From NCBI RefSeq assembly GCF_010672385.1, contig NZ_JAAHGT010000021.1, positions 223 to 64,222 of the forward strand: a stretch of DNA of 64,000 nucleotides. Reading direction: 5' to 3'. This DNA comes from Okeania sp. SIO2F4. GTDB lineage: Bacteria; Cyanobacteriota; Cyanobacteriia; Cyanobacteriales; Microcoleaceae. This document shows, one piece after another, positions 46,766-56,395 of this stretch. Under the pieces are notes generated by a model that saw only the letters and a program-made list of their open reading frames with translations, was not told where the DNA came from and ran no database searches. The stretch's first letter is position 1. The number at the start of each line of letters is the position of its first letter. The position numbers and the translations under genes are program-made.

Positions 46766-47650
46766 ATGACAAATCATAAATTTAATTTGCCTAACTTTGA
46801 GAAAGCAGAAGATTTGCTTAATGATTTATTTGAAGAAGTAAAAAGTAAGGAAAGTGAATTAGCGGGAGGAGAAGCTCAAGAGTTAAAAAGAGGAGCAACT
46901 GCAATTCAAAGATTGAAGGAAACTACTGTTACATTTGGCAATCCTCGTAGTAAATTAATTCCTCTTACTGAAAAAGGTTTTGAAGCAAAAGGAGTGGAAT
47001 TAAATTACGAAATTAAGCAGTTAATGAAGCAGTTTGATTTCTATTCTATGGTTGTGAGCATTGATATAAGACCTCAACCAAGTGTTTTGATTTCAAAATT
47101 AGAATGTCAGCTTGATTTTGGTCCTCAAGGAAAAGACGAGCCAATAGTGCATCGTATTATCCCAGATAGTAAATGGCAAACGGTATTAAAGACAGGAGTC
47201 AACTTGAATTTAGGACTAGATGCCAATTTAGAAGTGGGAGTTGGAGTTGATGTTTCTGAGTTAACAAAAATAGCTAATCTTCCTGATTATGACAACTTAA
47301 AAGCTAATATAGAGACTAAAGATGAACTTAAAGCATTTATTATTTTAGATAGCTTAAATTATAAATTTGGTAAGTTTAATCTTTTGGCTCAAGGAGAAGA
47401 TAACTCTCAGTGTTACTGGCGAATTGAAGAACCATAAATTCAGGATAAATCTACAGTTGAATTTGACATTATTTTTAAAGTTCCTAAGACATGGGAGTAT
47501 ATTGATTTAATTGGTAATGCATGGATTGAACCAAAGATTGATTGGCTTAATGGCGAATTAAATCATGTAATGACAGCTTTATCAAGTCGTTTAAAAAATG
47601 TGTTTGGGAGTCAAGAGAAAGCAGCTAAGAGTTATGCAGTTGGGATAAAA
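46766..47650 (+). pseudogene. Unknown beta-rich protein upstream of the CHAT protease, interrupted by an in-frame TAA at 47435-47437
   Basis: The 223-aa ORF ends '...SQCYWRIEEP*'. The same frame stays open for 70 more protein-like codons (IQDKSTVEFDIIFKVPKTWEYIDLIGNAWIEPKIDWLNGELNHVMTALSSRLKNVFGSQEKAAKSYAVLG*). Confidence 0.5.
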
Positions 47651-47755
47651 GAAGAATGGATTGGTGAAAAGCAAATTATCTTGCCTAAACCGTAGATGTT
47701 TTAGTTCTTTATATTTTATTATTATTAATTTCTGTCAATTTCAGATTTAAGTCTA

Positions 47756-49147
47756 ATGACAATGAATGAATATTTTTATCAGATTATTGTCCCCAATGAT
47801 AATATGGTTAGAGTGAGAAAATTAACTCCTCAATCAACCGACCCAGAACAGACAACGGGAAAGTTAAATCTCACTAAAATCAATGATAAGATTAGAGAAA
47901 TTATTAAAGCTCCTGCTAACTTAGAAGCTGGAAAAATCACTAAAGTGGGAGAAGCTTTATTTGAGGCTTTGTTTGACGGTCAATTAAGAGAAGATTTTTT
48001 AGCATACTATCAAGAAATTGTTAAAAAACAACAACAAATATTAGCAGTTATTTTGGAAATAAATGAGGAAGCAATGCCAGAAGTGGTAGCCTATCCTTGG
48101 GAGTTAATGTGTTTACCTCAGAAATATAATCAGGGTGAAATTTATTTCGCAACTGACCGTAAATTAAGCTTTTACCGCTGTCGATATCAATTAGAAGAAT
48201 CAGCAAAACTATCTATTAAAATTAATCAAGGTGAACAGTTAAAAATTGCTTTAGTTGTCTCTAAACCAACAGGTGATTCTCAATTAAGTAATGTAGAGTA
48301 TCAGGAAGTACAGCAATACTTAAAACTTGTAGATAGTCAACAAGAGCAAGTAAAATTTATGCCTGTTATGGATTCTCTGAATTTTTATAGTATTGTAGAA
48401 AAATTAGAAGCAGATAAACCGGATATTTTTCATTTTATTGGTCATGGTCAATTAGTTGAGAAAGAAGGAGAAGATGTAGGGCAGGTTGCTTTTGTTAATG
48501 AGTTTGGTCAAGCTGATTGGAAAGATGCTAGGATGTTTGGTCAATTGTTTAGTGGTCACACACCTAAAATTGTCATTTTACAAGCTTGTGAAACAGGAAA
48601 GCAATCTGAAACTAATGCTTTTAGTGGTGTTGCTTCTCGCTTAATGCAGCAAGGAATTTCAATAGTTGTAGCAATGCAATATAAGGTTTCTAATCAAACA
48701 GCAATTACTTTTGTTAAAGAGTTTTATTCAAAAATAATTGAAGGTAATTCTGTTGAGATGGCATTGCAGAAAGCTCGGTTTAAACTAGGTATTGAAAATG
48801 GGTATAAGCGAAGAGATTTTGCGATTCCTGTGGTATATATTAATGCTTTAGATGGCTATTTATTTACTTCAGAAGTAAATTCAGTTTCTCCAGTTGCCAA
48901 TAATGATCTCATAGCCAATAATTCTAGCAATTCTAGACTAAATTCGTTACGAAGACAAAAAGAAGAATTGGAAGAGCAAATAGCAGTTTTGGAAAATCTC
49001 CGCAATAATTGTCATCAACAACTTAAAGGAGAGGGGGATAGTGATAAAAGAGAGCAGCTAAGAGTCAAAATGAAAAATTACTTGAAGGAAATTGAGGTTC
49101 TATATGATGAGATAGATAACATCGAAAAAAAAATCAATCAAATTTAG
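47756..49147 (+). CDS. CHAT-domain (caspase-fold) protease with a C-terminal coiled-coil adaptor module
   Basis: 'PDIFHFIGHGQL' (His codon 48443-48445) and 'KIVILQACETGK' (Cys codon 48587-48589) form the caspase-like His/Cys dyad in CHAT spacing. The C-terminal ~70 aa are heptad-like and are duplicated in the next gene. Confidence 0.75.
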   Translation: MTMNEYFYQIIVPNDNMVRVRKLTPQSTDPEQTTGKLNLTKINDKIREIIKAPANLEAGKITKVGEALFEALFDGQLREDFLAYYQEIVKKQQQILAVILEINEEAMPEVVAYPWELMCLPQKYNQGEIYFATDRKLSFYRCRYQLEESAKLSIKINQGEQLKIALVVSKPTGDSQLSNVEYQEVQQYLKLVDSQQEQVKFMPVMDSLNFYSIVEKLEADKPDIFHFIGHGQLVEKEGEDVGQVAFVNEFGQADWKDARMFGQLFSGHTPKIVILQACETGKQSETNAFSGVASRLMQQGISIVVAMQYKVSNQTAITFVKEFYSKIIEGNSVEMALQKARFKLGIENGYKRRDFAIPVVYINALDGYLFTSEVNSVSPVANNDLIANNSSNSRLNSLRRQKEELEEQIAVLENLRNNCHQQLKGEGDSDKREQLRVKMKNYLKEIEVLYDEIDNIEKKINQI

Positions 49148-49192
49148 TTAAATCTTTAATTATATGTATGTATTAATAATTTAATTACTAAG

Positions 49193-50262
49193 ATGTCAGA
49201 TAGTCAAAAATTGGAAAGTTGGAAAAAGGAAAAAAAAGAATTAGAAGAACAAATAGCAGTTTTGGAAAATCTCCGCAATAATTGTCATCAACAACTTAAA
49301 GGAGAGGGGGATAGTGATAAAAGAGAGCAGCTAAGAGTCAAAATGAAAAATTACTCGAAGGAAGTTGAGGTTCTATATGATGAGATAGATAACATCGAAA
49401 AAAAAATCAATCAAATTCAGTTAGATGACAAAAGCTTGAGTCCAAACGATCATTTAGACAATCCTAACAATCAGCAACAGTTAAAATTTGATGAGTGTTT
49501 GCCTTATATCGATTTTGATAAAGCTTTAAATGCTTTTAAAAAAATTATGGCTAAGTTAAATGGAGAAGGAGATGTTGCTTTATTCCTCATTGAAGAAAAT
49601 AATGATAAGGAGGGAAATTTATTTTTAAGAAGACTGAGGAATGATTTAGCTTCTAATAGTTACAGGCAACATTTTCGTCTCTGTCATTCAACATATACTT
49701 CTGGTAATTTTGAAGGATTAATCAAAGGAATAGGTGAATTTTTAAACGTCACAAAAGAAGAAATTACTAATTAGTTATTAATAAAATAAGTGATTCTTTA
49801 CAAAATAATTCGTTTTTGTTTATAGAAATCAACTGTGATATTCTTGACCCAAGTGACATCGACTCATTCATTCCCAAGTTTATTAATTTTTTTTGGAAGC
49901 CTTTGAGAGAAAAAGTAAATGAAGTAGCTAAGGATTATAAAGGAATTAAAGTTGTAGCTGTAATAATTTCTGATATATTACTTAATTCCAGATTTTCAAA
50001 AGAGGAATTATCCTGCTATTATAATCGTTCTCTGAGGGTCTTTTCTAGGGATAAATTAGTCAAAATACCTTTAGAAAAATGGACACAGACAGATATTGCG
50101 AGATATTTGAGATGTGCTAATTCTAGTTTAAAAACACCGGAAGTAAACAGCATCGCTAAAAAAATTTATAATGCAACCAATAAAGGATCGCCTACAAGTA
50201 TCTGTAGAGCTTTAGAACAAGAAAAATGGCAAACTTTAATATATCCAACCCGTACCTGTTAA
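49193..50262 (+). pseudogene. Adaptor-module protein split by a frameshift (49193-49774 plus 49771-50262); a candidate VMAP/iSTAND-like partner of the MoxR-vWA pair
   Basis: The N-terminus repeats the CHAT C-terminal module (166/168 nt identical). The first frame stops at 49772-49774. The second frame is open from 49771 ('LVINKISDSLQNNSFLFIEINCDILDPSD...') but has only a TTG start at 49816. Confidence 0.5.
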
Positions 50263-50268
50263 ACAATT

Positions 50269-51261
50269 ATGGATTCAAGCATGACTTACCATTTTGAAAA
50301 CAACCCTAAAAAACGTCCTTCTAAACCTCATCCTGATTCACCTACAAAAGTTGAACCTTATATTGCACCTGATGAGTTAATTGATGCAGTAAATTTAGCT
50401 ATTTTTCTGCGTCGCCCCCTATTATTAGAAGGAGAAGCAGGTTGTGGTAAAACTCGATTACCAGTTGCAGTTGCTTATGAATTAGGATTACCATTCTATC
50501 GTTGGGATATTCGCTCAACTACGAAAGCACAAGAAGGTTTATATGAATATGATGCTATTCTTAGACTTCACGATGTTCAAACTCAAAAATTAGAAACAGA
50601 AAATAATAATACCAGAAATCCCAGTAATCCTGAAGATTATCGAAGTTTTGGAGCAATTGGTAATGCTTTTCGTTCAAAAGATTGTCCGGCAGTAGTTTTA
50701 ATTGATGAAATAGATAAAGCTGATATAGATTTTCCTAATGATTTACTAACAGTTTTAGATGAACCTTGGGAGTTTAAAATTAGAGAAACTGGAGAAACAA
50801 TTACTGCTGAAACTAATTGTCAACCTATTGTAATTATTACCAGTAATAAAGAGAAAGGAAATTTACCAGCTCCATTTCTACGTCGTTGTATTTATTATTA
50901 TCTGAAATTTCCGGAGCAACCTGAGCAACTTCAAAAAATTGTTGATATTCACTATCGATATAAACAAGAGTCAGAAGTTCCAGAAAAAATCAATACTCCA
51001 CATAATGAATTAGTACAACAAGCAGCTAAACTATTTATTAAAATTCGAGCCAACAAAGGATTGTTTAAAATTCCAGGGACAAGCGAATTTTTAGATTGGT
51101 TAGATGCACTTTGCAGTTGTCAAACAAAGCAAAATCCTAAGCCTCCTTATCCTATTAATGAGTTAGAAGAAGAAAAATTAATTCCTTATCGAGAGTTAAT
51201 ATTTAAAATTCGTCAAGATTGGCAAAAAAATACAACTTTTCCTCAACTTAGTGATTCATAA
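50269..51261 (+). CDS. MoxR-type AAA+ ATPase (AAA_5-like)
   Basis: Walker A 'LLLEGEAGCGKT' (nt 50431-50454), Walker B 'VVLIDEIDKAD' (nt 50691-50720) and 'PAPFLRRC' sensor/arginine region, in a single AAA+ module of ~330 aa. Confidence 0.75.
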   Translation: MDSSMTYHFENNPKKRPSKPHPDSPTKVEPYIAPDELIDAVNLAIFLRRPLLLEGEAGCGKTRLPVAVAYELGLPFYRWDIRSTTKAQEGLYEYDAILRLHDVQTQKLETENNNTRNPSNPEDYRSFGAIGNAFRSKDCPAVVLIDEIDKADIDFPNDLLTVLDEPWEFKIRETGETITAETNCQPIVIITSNKEKGNLPAPFLRRCIYYYLKFPEQPEQLQKIVDIHYRYKQESEVPEKINTPHNELVQQAAKLFIKIRANKGLFKIPGTSEFLDWLDALCSCQTKQNPKPPYPINELEEEKLIPYRELIFKIRQDWQKNTTFPQLSDS

Positions 51262-51318
51262 ATTTTCTCAAGTTTGAACTAACTTTCTTGATTTTATAAT
51301 AAAATTTTCCAATCACTC

Positions 51319-52386
51319 ATGTTTGAACCTAATTCTTATTTAACTACTCTTTTTTACCGTTTGCGTGAAGGCGGTTTTAATTTGAGTATTAGGGAATATT
51401 TTTCAGTAAAAGATGCAATAAAAGGAGGTTGGGGAACTAAAAGTAAAGAAGACTTTAAAAAACTCTTACGCTTGCTATGGTGTAACTCTTGGGAGCAACA
51501 ACAGCATTTAGCTGTAATATTTGATACTATTGTCATTGAACCGGAAAAAACTGAAGAAACAACACCAAATCAACCTCCAAAAATTCAAAAAACTGGGAAT
51601 TATGACCAATTTGACTCAGATTCATCAACTCCTACTTTTCCTACTACACCAATTGAACCCTCTTCAATAGAAATAACTAAACCAGCGACTGAGAAGTTAT
51701 CGCCATTACCCGTTACTAACCCTCAACTAATACAAGAATATCAAGATGATGCCGAATTTTATACTTATTATCCCATTTCTCGCCGTTCTATGGTTTATAG
51801 TTGGCGATATTTACGTCGCCCCATTGCTGACGGAGTTAAGGATGTTTTGGATATCAAAATGACCGTAGAAAAAGCTACAAAACAAGGATTTTTCTTACAA
51901 CCTGTTTACCGTCGGCGAGAAAAAAATCATGCTCATTTACTAATTTTAGTAGATCAGGAAGGTTCGATGACTCCCTTTCATCATTTCAGTCGAGACTTAG
52001 TAGAAACAGCTCAATATGAAAGCTCTATAGAAAGAGTAGATGTTGCTTATTTTCATAATTTGCCAGCAGAATACATTTATCAAGATCGTTTCTTAACCGA
52101 TAAAATTGCCTTAGAAACTGTTTTAAATCAATGTGATAGTGAAACTAGAGTTTTAATCGTTAGTGATGGGGGTGCTGCTAGGGGATATCGTCACCGAGAA
52201 AGAGTTTCAGCAACAACTGAAGTAATTTGGGAAATTCAACAACAGACTAATCTAATAGCATGGCTCAATCCTGTTCCTCAACTACGTTGGAATAATACTA
52301 CAGCTAGTATTATTTCTCATTTAGTACCAATGTTTTCTATGAATGAAGAGGGTTTAAGACAAGCTATTATGACGTTGCAAAGATAA
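51319..52386 (+). CDS. vWA-domain protein with a degenerate MIDAS motif, partner of the MoxR ATPase
   Basis: 'HLLILVDQEGSMTPF' sits at the DxSxS position (D-Q-E-G-S; Asp codon 51952-51954). 'VLIVSDGGA' is a later vWA strand. The helical N-terminal domain and the gene order after MoxR are typical. Confidence 0.65.
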   Translation: MFEPNSYLTTLFYRLREGGFNLSIREYFSVKDAIKGGWGTKSKEDFKKLLRLLWCNSWEQQQHLAVIFDTIVIEPEKTEETTPNQPPKIQKTGNYDQFDSDSSTPTFPTTPIEPSSIEITKPATEKLSPLPVTNPQLIQEYQDDAEFYTYYPISRRSMVYSWRYLRRPIADGVKDVLDIKMTVEKATKQGFFLQPVYRRREKNHAHLLILVDQEGSMTPFHHFSRDLVETAQYESSIERVDVAYFHNLPAEYIYQDRFLTDKIALETVLNQCDSETRVLIVSDGGAARGYRHRERVSATTEVIWEIQQQTNLIAWLNPVPQLRWNNTTASIISHLVPMFSMNEEGLRQAIMTLQR

Positions 52387-52754
52387 TATCGAGACTTTAG
52401 AAAAAAATAGTAAAAAAAGATATAATGTATACTTGATAAGTATTTTACGTTAAGATAATATAGAAGATAAAGTAGTAATTCTGGTTCCAATAAAAAAGAA
52501 GAAAAACAACTGTACCTCAGTAATTTTGGAAACGTTATAACTTTGAGTGGCGATTTTTTTTGTCTATAAAAGTGTTAGTTATAACTGATGTAAGAAACTA
52601 TTTTAAAATTCCAGAGTGGTCACAATTTATAAGTGTTATATATTAATATTTTGTGAGTATTAATCCTGGAAATAACCTAAATAATTAATATATAAATATC
52701 TTTCTGGGCAACAGTTTTTTTGCTGGTGTTGAGATAAATCCTGGAGGTTTAATA

Positions 52755-55700
52755 ATGGTTCAATTTCAAATTAAAGCAGATAGCGATATTCCTGCCTCAA
52801 ACCAATTATTTAATCAAATTCGAGCTGCCATAGCCTCCCGTCAGTTTCCTCCTGGCTATCGATTACCCAGTACGAGACAACTTGCGATGCAAACTGGTTT
52901 GCATCGCAATACTATAGCTAAGGTATATCGTCAACTAGAAGATATTGGTCTTGTGGAAGCTCTAGCAGGTAAGGGGATTTATGTCAAAGCTCAAGGTGAT
53001 GAGGGGTCGAAGTTAACATCTCCTATGAGTAACAGATATCCAGATATAGAAATGACTGAAATAACAGATGAAATTATAGCTCAGAATAAAGTAGAGCGAT
53101 TTCAAATTAAAGCAGATAGCGATATTCCTGCCTCAAACCAATTATTTAATCAAATTCGAGCTGCCATAGCCTCTCGTCAATTTCCTCCTGGTCATCGATT
53201 ACCCAGTACGAGACAGCTTGCCAACCAAACTGGTTTACATCGCAATACTATAGCTAAGGTATATCGTCAACTAGAAGATATTGGTCTTGTGGAAGCTTTA
53301 GCAGGTGAGGGGATTTATGTCAAAGCTCAAGGTGATGAGGGAGGGCCGAAGTTAACATCTCCTACGAGTAACAAATATCCAGATATAGAAATGACTGAAA
53401 TAACAGATGAAATTATAGCCCAGAATAAAGTAGAGCGATTTGTCAGTCGCTTTGAGTCTTCCTATGAATTGTTAGCTTGTCATGTAGCTTTACCTCTAGT
53501 ATTAACTCCAGAATTAGTTAACTATCTTAGAATTGAGTTTCTCAAAAGTGAAAAAGTTCCTTGGATTGCTGAAGCTGATTTATTGTTATCTAATCTATGT
53601 CGTCCAGTTGGTTATGAACTCTATGTAATGGATGAAGGAGTGAGAGCTTATTTACTACAAAAACTAGCACAAGACAAAAGATTTGGTCAGAAAAGAATTA
53701 AAGAGATTGCCCGTTTATTACTGAGTTATGTTCAGCATTTAGCTAAAACTAATCCTTTTCTGGGAATGAAAGAGTTAGAAACTCAGAAATGGGGAGCAAT
53801 GTTATATTTAGACACAGAGCAAACTGTCCGAGAAATAGGTACAGCTATATGTGAATGTGTAGATCGAGCAGAATTGGCTCGTTTACTCAAAATTACTGAA
53901 GACTTTAAACAACAAATAGCTTCATCAGGCCAGTTTCAGGATTTTTTAGATTATGCTCAACTTTGTAGTGAGTTACTTAGAGAACCTGAAAAAGTTAAAC
54001 TAGAACAAATCGCAGACTCATATCAGGTAGCAGGACTTGAATTAAGTGTACCAGAAAGTATTAACATCTCAATACTAGATTTTCTTAACTTAGACAATTT
54101 AGAGTCGTTTGAATTTACAGCTAAAGTTGGTAATATTGTTAAATTAAAAACTATTTTATTAGTTGAAGACGAACAAGAAGTAATCCAAGAAGTATCAAAA
54201 AAATTATCATCCCAATATGGCATTACCGTCAGAGGAACAGATAGTGTCAATGAAGTTATTCAATTAGCAGAATCAGGTGAAATTGACTTGATTTTAATTA
54301 ATTATTGGTTACCTAATAGTAGCTATCAAGACAGACCAGTTAATGGGTTTGAAATTATCAGGATTTTGAAGGCTAATTCTGATATTTATCCGAGCTTACC
54401 TATTGTTGGTTTCTCCTCTAATATTAAAAGGTTTTTACCTCTGAATTTAGTTGATGAATTTGTTAAAAGTGGTGCAAATGGTTTTTATTATAAGAAAGAA
54501 TTGTTGCTTAATAATGATTATCAAAAGTTCGTTAACTATCTCGAAGAAATATTTGCTCAAGCTCTTGAAAATACATCCTCTCAACCAGGAAAGAATTACG
54601 GTATCCTCATTGGCATTAACCAATATAACCATCTACCAACCCTCCGATACGCGGTTACAGATGTAGACGAAATAAAGGCTCGATGTGAGTTCCAAAACTT
54701 CAGTAAAGTTGACTTATTTTCAGATGTAACTTCGGTAAAAGTCAAGGAATTTTTGGCAGAGAAATTTGAGCAGCCATTTCTATCAACAGAGGATAATTTG
54801 TGGTTTTTCTTTAGTGGCCACAGTCGGTTAAGGCAAGGTGTAGACTATCTGATGTTAGTAGATAGTAAAACTGAGGAAATCACAGAAACAGCCATTTCTG
54901 TTAATTCTCTTGTAGAACAACTTTTTTCTTCAGGTGCGGGAAAGGTAATCTTGTATCTGGATATGGATAGATTATCAGGAGATGCTTCTTCCACCTCTAG
55001 TTATCTTTTACCAATTAAAAATTATCAGGGACTTATAGTTTTCTATGCTTGCGAACCTAATACCGCAGCTTATGAAATTGAGCAACTTCAGCAGGGAAGC
55101 TTTAGTTATGCTTTATATGAAGCCTTATTGTCAACCCAAGGAAACTTAAGTATAAATCAACTTGAGAAGTTTTTGATTGATCGCGTTCCTGAACTTAACC
55201 AACAAAATAATCAACAGACGCAAACCCCACAAACATTTATTTCTCCTAGCAACCTGGCAGAATGGGTTCCCTTTCCTTCAGATTTGCAGGTTTTTCAGCA
55301 CACAACACCAACAGTTAATCGACAGGGAGAAACTATTAGGCAAAATACTAAGCTTGCCCAATATTTCACTGAAATTCTTGCAGATGGCATTAACCTAGAA
55401 ATGGTAGCTATTCCTGGTGGTACTTTTACAATGGGGTCTCCTGAAAGCGAAAAAGATAGTAGAGACAGAGAACGTCCCCAACATGATGTAACTGTTCCTC
55501 CCTTCTTTATGGGCAAATATCCCATTACTCAAGGACAGTGGAGAGCGATCGCCTCTCGAACAGACTTAAAAGTAGACCTAGATTTAAACCCAGACCCATC
55601 TGATTTTAAAGAACTATATCAAGGTATAGATAGATGGAAGAGACCAGTGGAGAATGTAAATTGGTATGAGGCAGTAGAATTTTGTGAAAGACTCTCGAAA

Positions 55701-56288
55701 CTAACTCGAAAGAATTATAGACTACCAAGCGAGGCCGAATGGGAATATGCGTGTCGTGCTGGAACGACTACACCCTTTCACTTTGGAGAAACTATCACAG
55801 GAGACTTAGCTAATTACGATGCGTCAAGAATTTATGCTGATGAACCAAAAAGACAATATAGAAAAGAAACTATCCTTGTAGGTCAATTCCCTCCCAATGC
55901 CTTTAGATTATATGATATGCACGGAAATGTATGGGAATGGTGTGCGGATGACTGGCATAATAATTATAAAAATGCTCCTACTGATGGGATAGCTTGGCTT
56001 GATAGTAATAAAAGGGAAAATATGAATAATAGACCTCTCCAGGAACCAAGGTCTGAAAACTTTTTCAAAAGGATGAGAAATACAGTATCAAATATTTTTA
56101 ATCAAAATGAACCAGAGCCTAGGAGTAATGATAATGATGAAAAAGAAAAGTATACCGTGCTGCGTGGCGGCTCCTGGGTCAGCTATCCTCATGACTGCCG
56201 TTCCGCGTGTCGCTACTTCAACCTTAGGCGCGGCAACCACATCATCACTGTTGGTTTTCGTATTGTGTGTGGTGGCGGGAGTGAATGA
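52755..56288 (+). CDS. 1177-aa multidomain protein: 2x GntR-type wHTH, helical domain, receiver-like domain, caspase-like domain, C-terminal FGE-sulfatase (SUMF1-like) domain
   Basis: 'PSTRQLAMQTGLHRNTIAKVYRQLEDIGLVE' occurs twice (GntR HTH). 'ILLVEDEQEV...DLILINYWLP' is REC-like. 'YGILIGINQY...AVTDVDE...FFFSGHS...LYLDMDRLSG...VFYACEPN' is caspase-like. 'IPGGTFTMGSPE...RPQHDVTV...NVNWYEAVEFC...YRLPSEAEWEYACRAGT...HGNVWEWC...LRGGSW...CRSACR' is FGE-sulfatase. Confidence 0.75.
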   Translation: MVQFQIKADSDIPASNQLFNQIRAAIASRQFPPGYRLPSTRQLAMQTGLHRNTIAKVYRQLEDIGLVEALAGKGIYVKAQGDEGSKLTSPMSNRYPDIEMTEITDEIIAQNKVERFQIKADSDIPASNQLFNQIRAAIASRQFPPGHRLPSTRQLANQTGLHRNTIAKVYRQLEDIGLVEALAGEGIYVKAQGDEGGPKLTSPTSNKYPDIEMTEITDEIIAQNKVERFVSRFESSYELLACHVALPLVLTPELVNYLRIEFLKSEKVPWIAEADLLLSNLCRPVGYELYVMDEGVRAYLLQKLAQDKRFGQKRIKEIARLLLSYVQHLAKTNPFLGMKELETQKWGAMLYLDTEQTVREIGTAICECVDRAELARLLKITEDFKQQIASSGQFQDFLDYAQLCSELLREPEKVKLEQIADSYQVAGLELSVPESINISILDFLNLDNLESFEFTAKVGNIVKLKTILLVEDEQEVIQEVSKKLSSQYGITVRGTDSVNEVIQLAESGEIDLILINYWLPNSSYQDRPVNGFEIIRILKANSDIYPSLPIVGFSSNIKRFLPLNLVDEFVKSGANGFYYKKELLLNNDYQKFVNYLEEIFAQALENTSSQPGKNYGILIGINQYNHLPTLRYAVTDVDEIKARCEFQNFSKVDLFSDVTSVKVKEFLAEKFEQPFLSTEDNLWFFFSGHSRLRQGVDYLMLVDSKTEEITETAISVNSLVEQLFSSGAGKVILYLDMDRLSGDASSTSSYLLPIKNYQGLIVFYACEPNTAAYEIEQLQQGSFSYALYEALLSTQGNLSINQLEKFLIDRVPELNQQNNQQTQTPQTFISPSNLAEWVPFPSDLQVFQHTTPTVNRQGETIRQNTKLAQYFTEILADGINLEMVAIPGGTFTMGSPESEKDSRDRERPQHDVTVPPFFMGKYPITQGQWRAIASRTDLKVDLDLNPDPSDFKELYQGIDRWKRPVENVNWYEAVEFCERLSKLTRKNYRLPSEAEWEYACRAGTTTPFHFGETITGDLANYDASRIYADEPKRQYRKETILVGQFPPNAFRLYDMHGNVWEWCADDWHNNYKNAPTDGIAWLDSNKRENMNNRPLQEPRSENFFKRMRNTVSNIFNQNEPEPRSNDNDEKEKYTVLRGGSWVSYPHDCRSACRYFNLRRGNHIITVGFRIVCGGGSE
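52764..53438 (+). repeat. In-frame tandem duplication (336-bp unit) of the GntR-wHTH module
   Basis: 52764-53099 and 53100-53438 are near-identical at DNA level (tttcaaattaaagcagatagcgatattcctgcctcaaaccaattatttaatcaaattcgagctgcc...), with a 3-nt indel and scattered substitutions. Confidence 0.9.
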
Positions 56289-56395
56289 AGTCAGAAGTCA
56301 GAAGTTTTTATGAAGTTTGAAGTTTTTGGGATAGGGGAAATAATTTGAGTAATCAACAAATTTCAATTCAAGAAAGAACTAATAATTAACAATTA

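Noticed and set aside
26741-47437. Genetic-code reassignment of TAA (phage-style stop-codon recoding) to explain the in-frame TAAs
   Set aside because: TAA is the terminator of many well-supported genes in the same region, for example 42446-42688, 46111-46500, 50269-51261 and 51319-52386. Nonsense mutation is far more parsimonious.
49760-49780. Programmed -1 ribosomal frameshift joining 49193-49774 to 49771-50262
   Set aside because: There is no X XXY YYZ slippery heptamer at the junction (gaagaaattactaattagtt) and no obvious downstream structure. A mutation or sequencing error is more likely.
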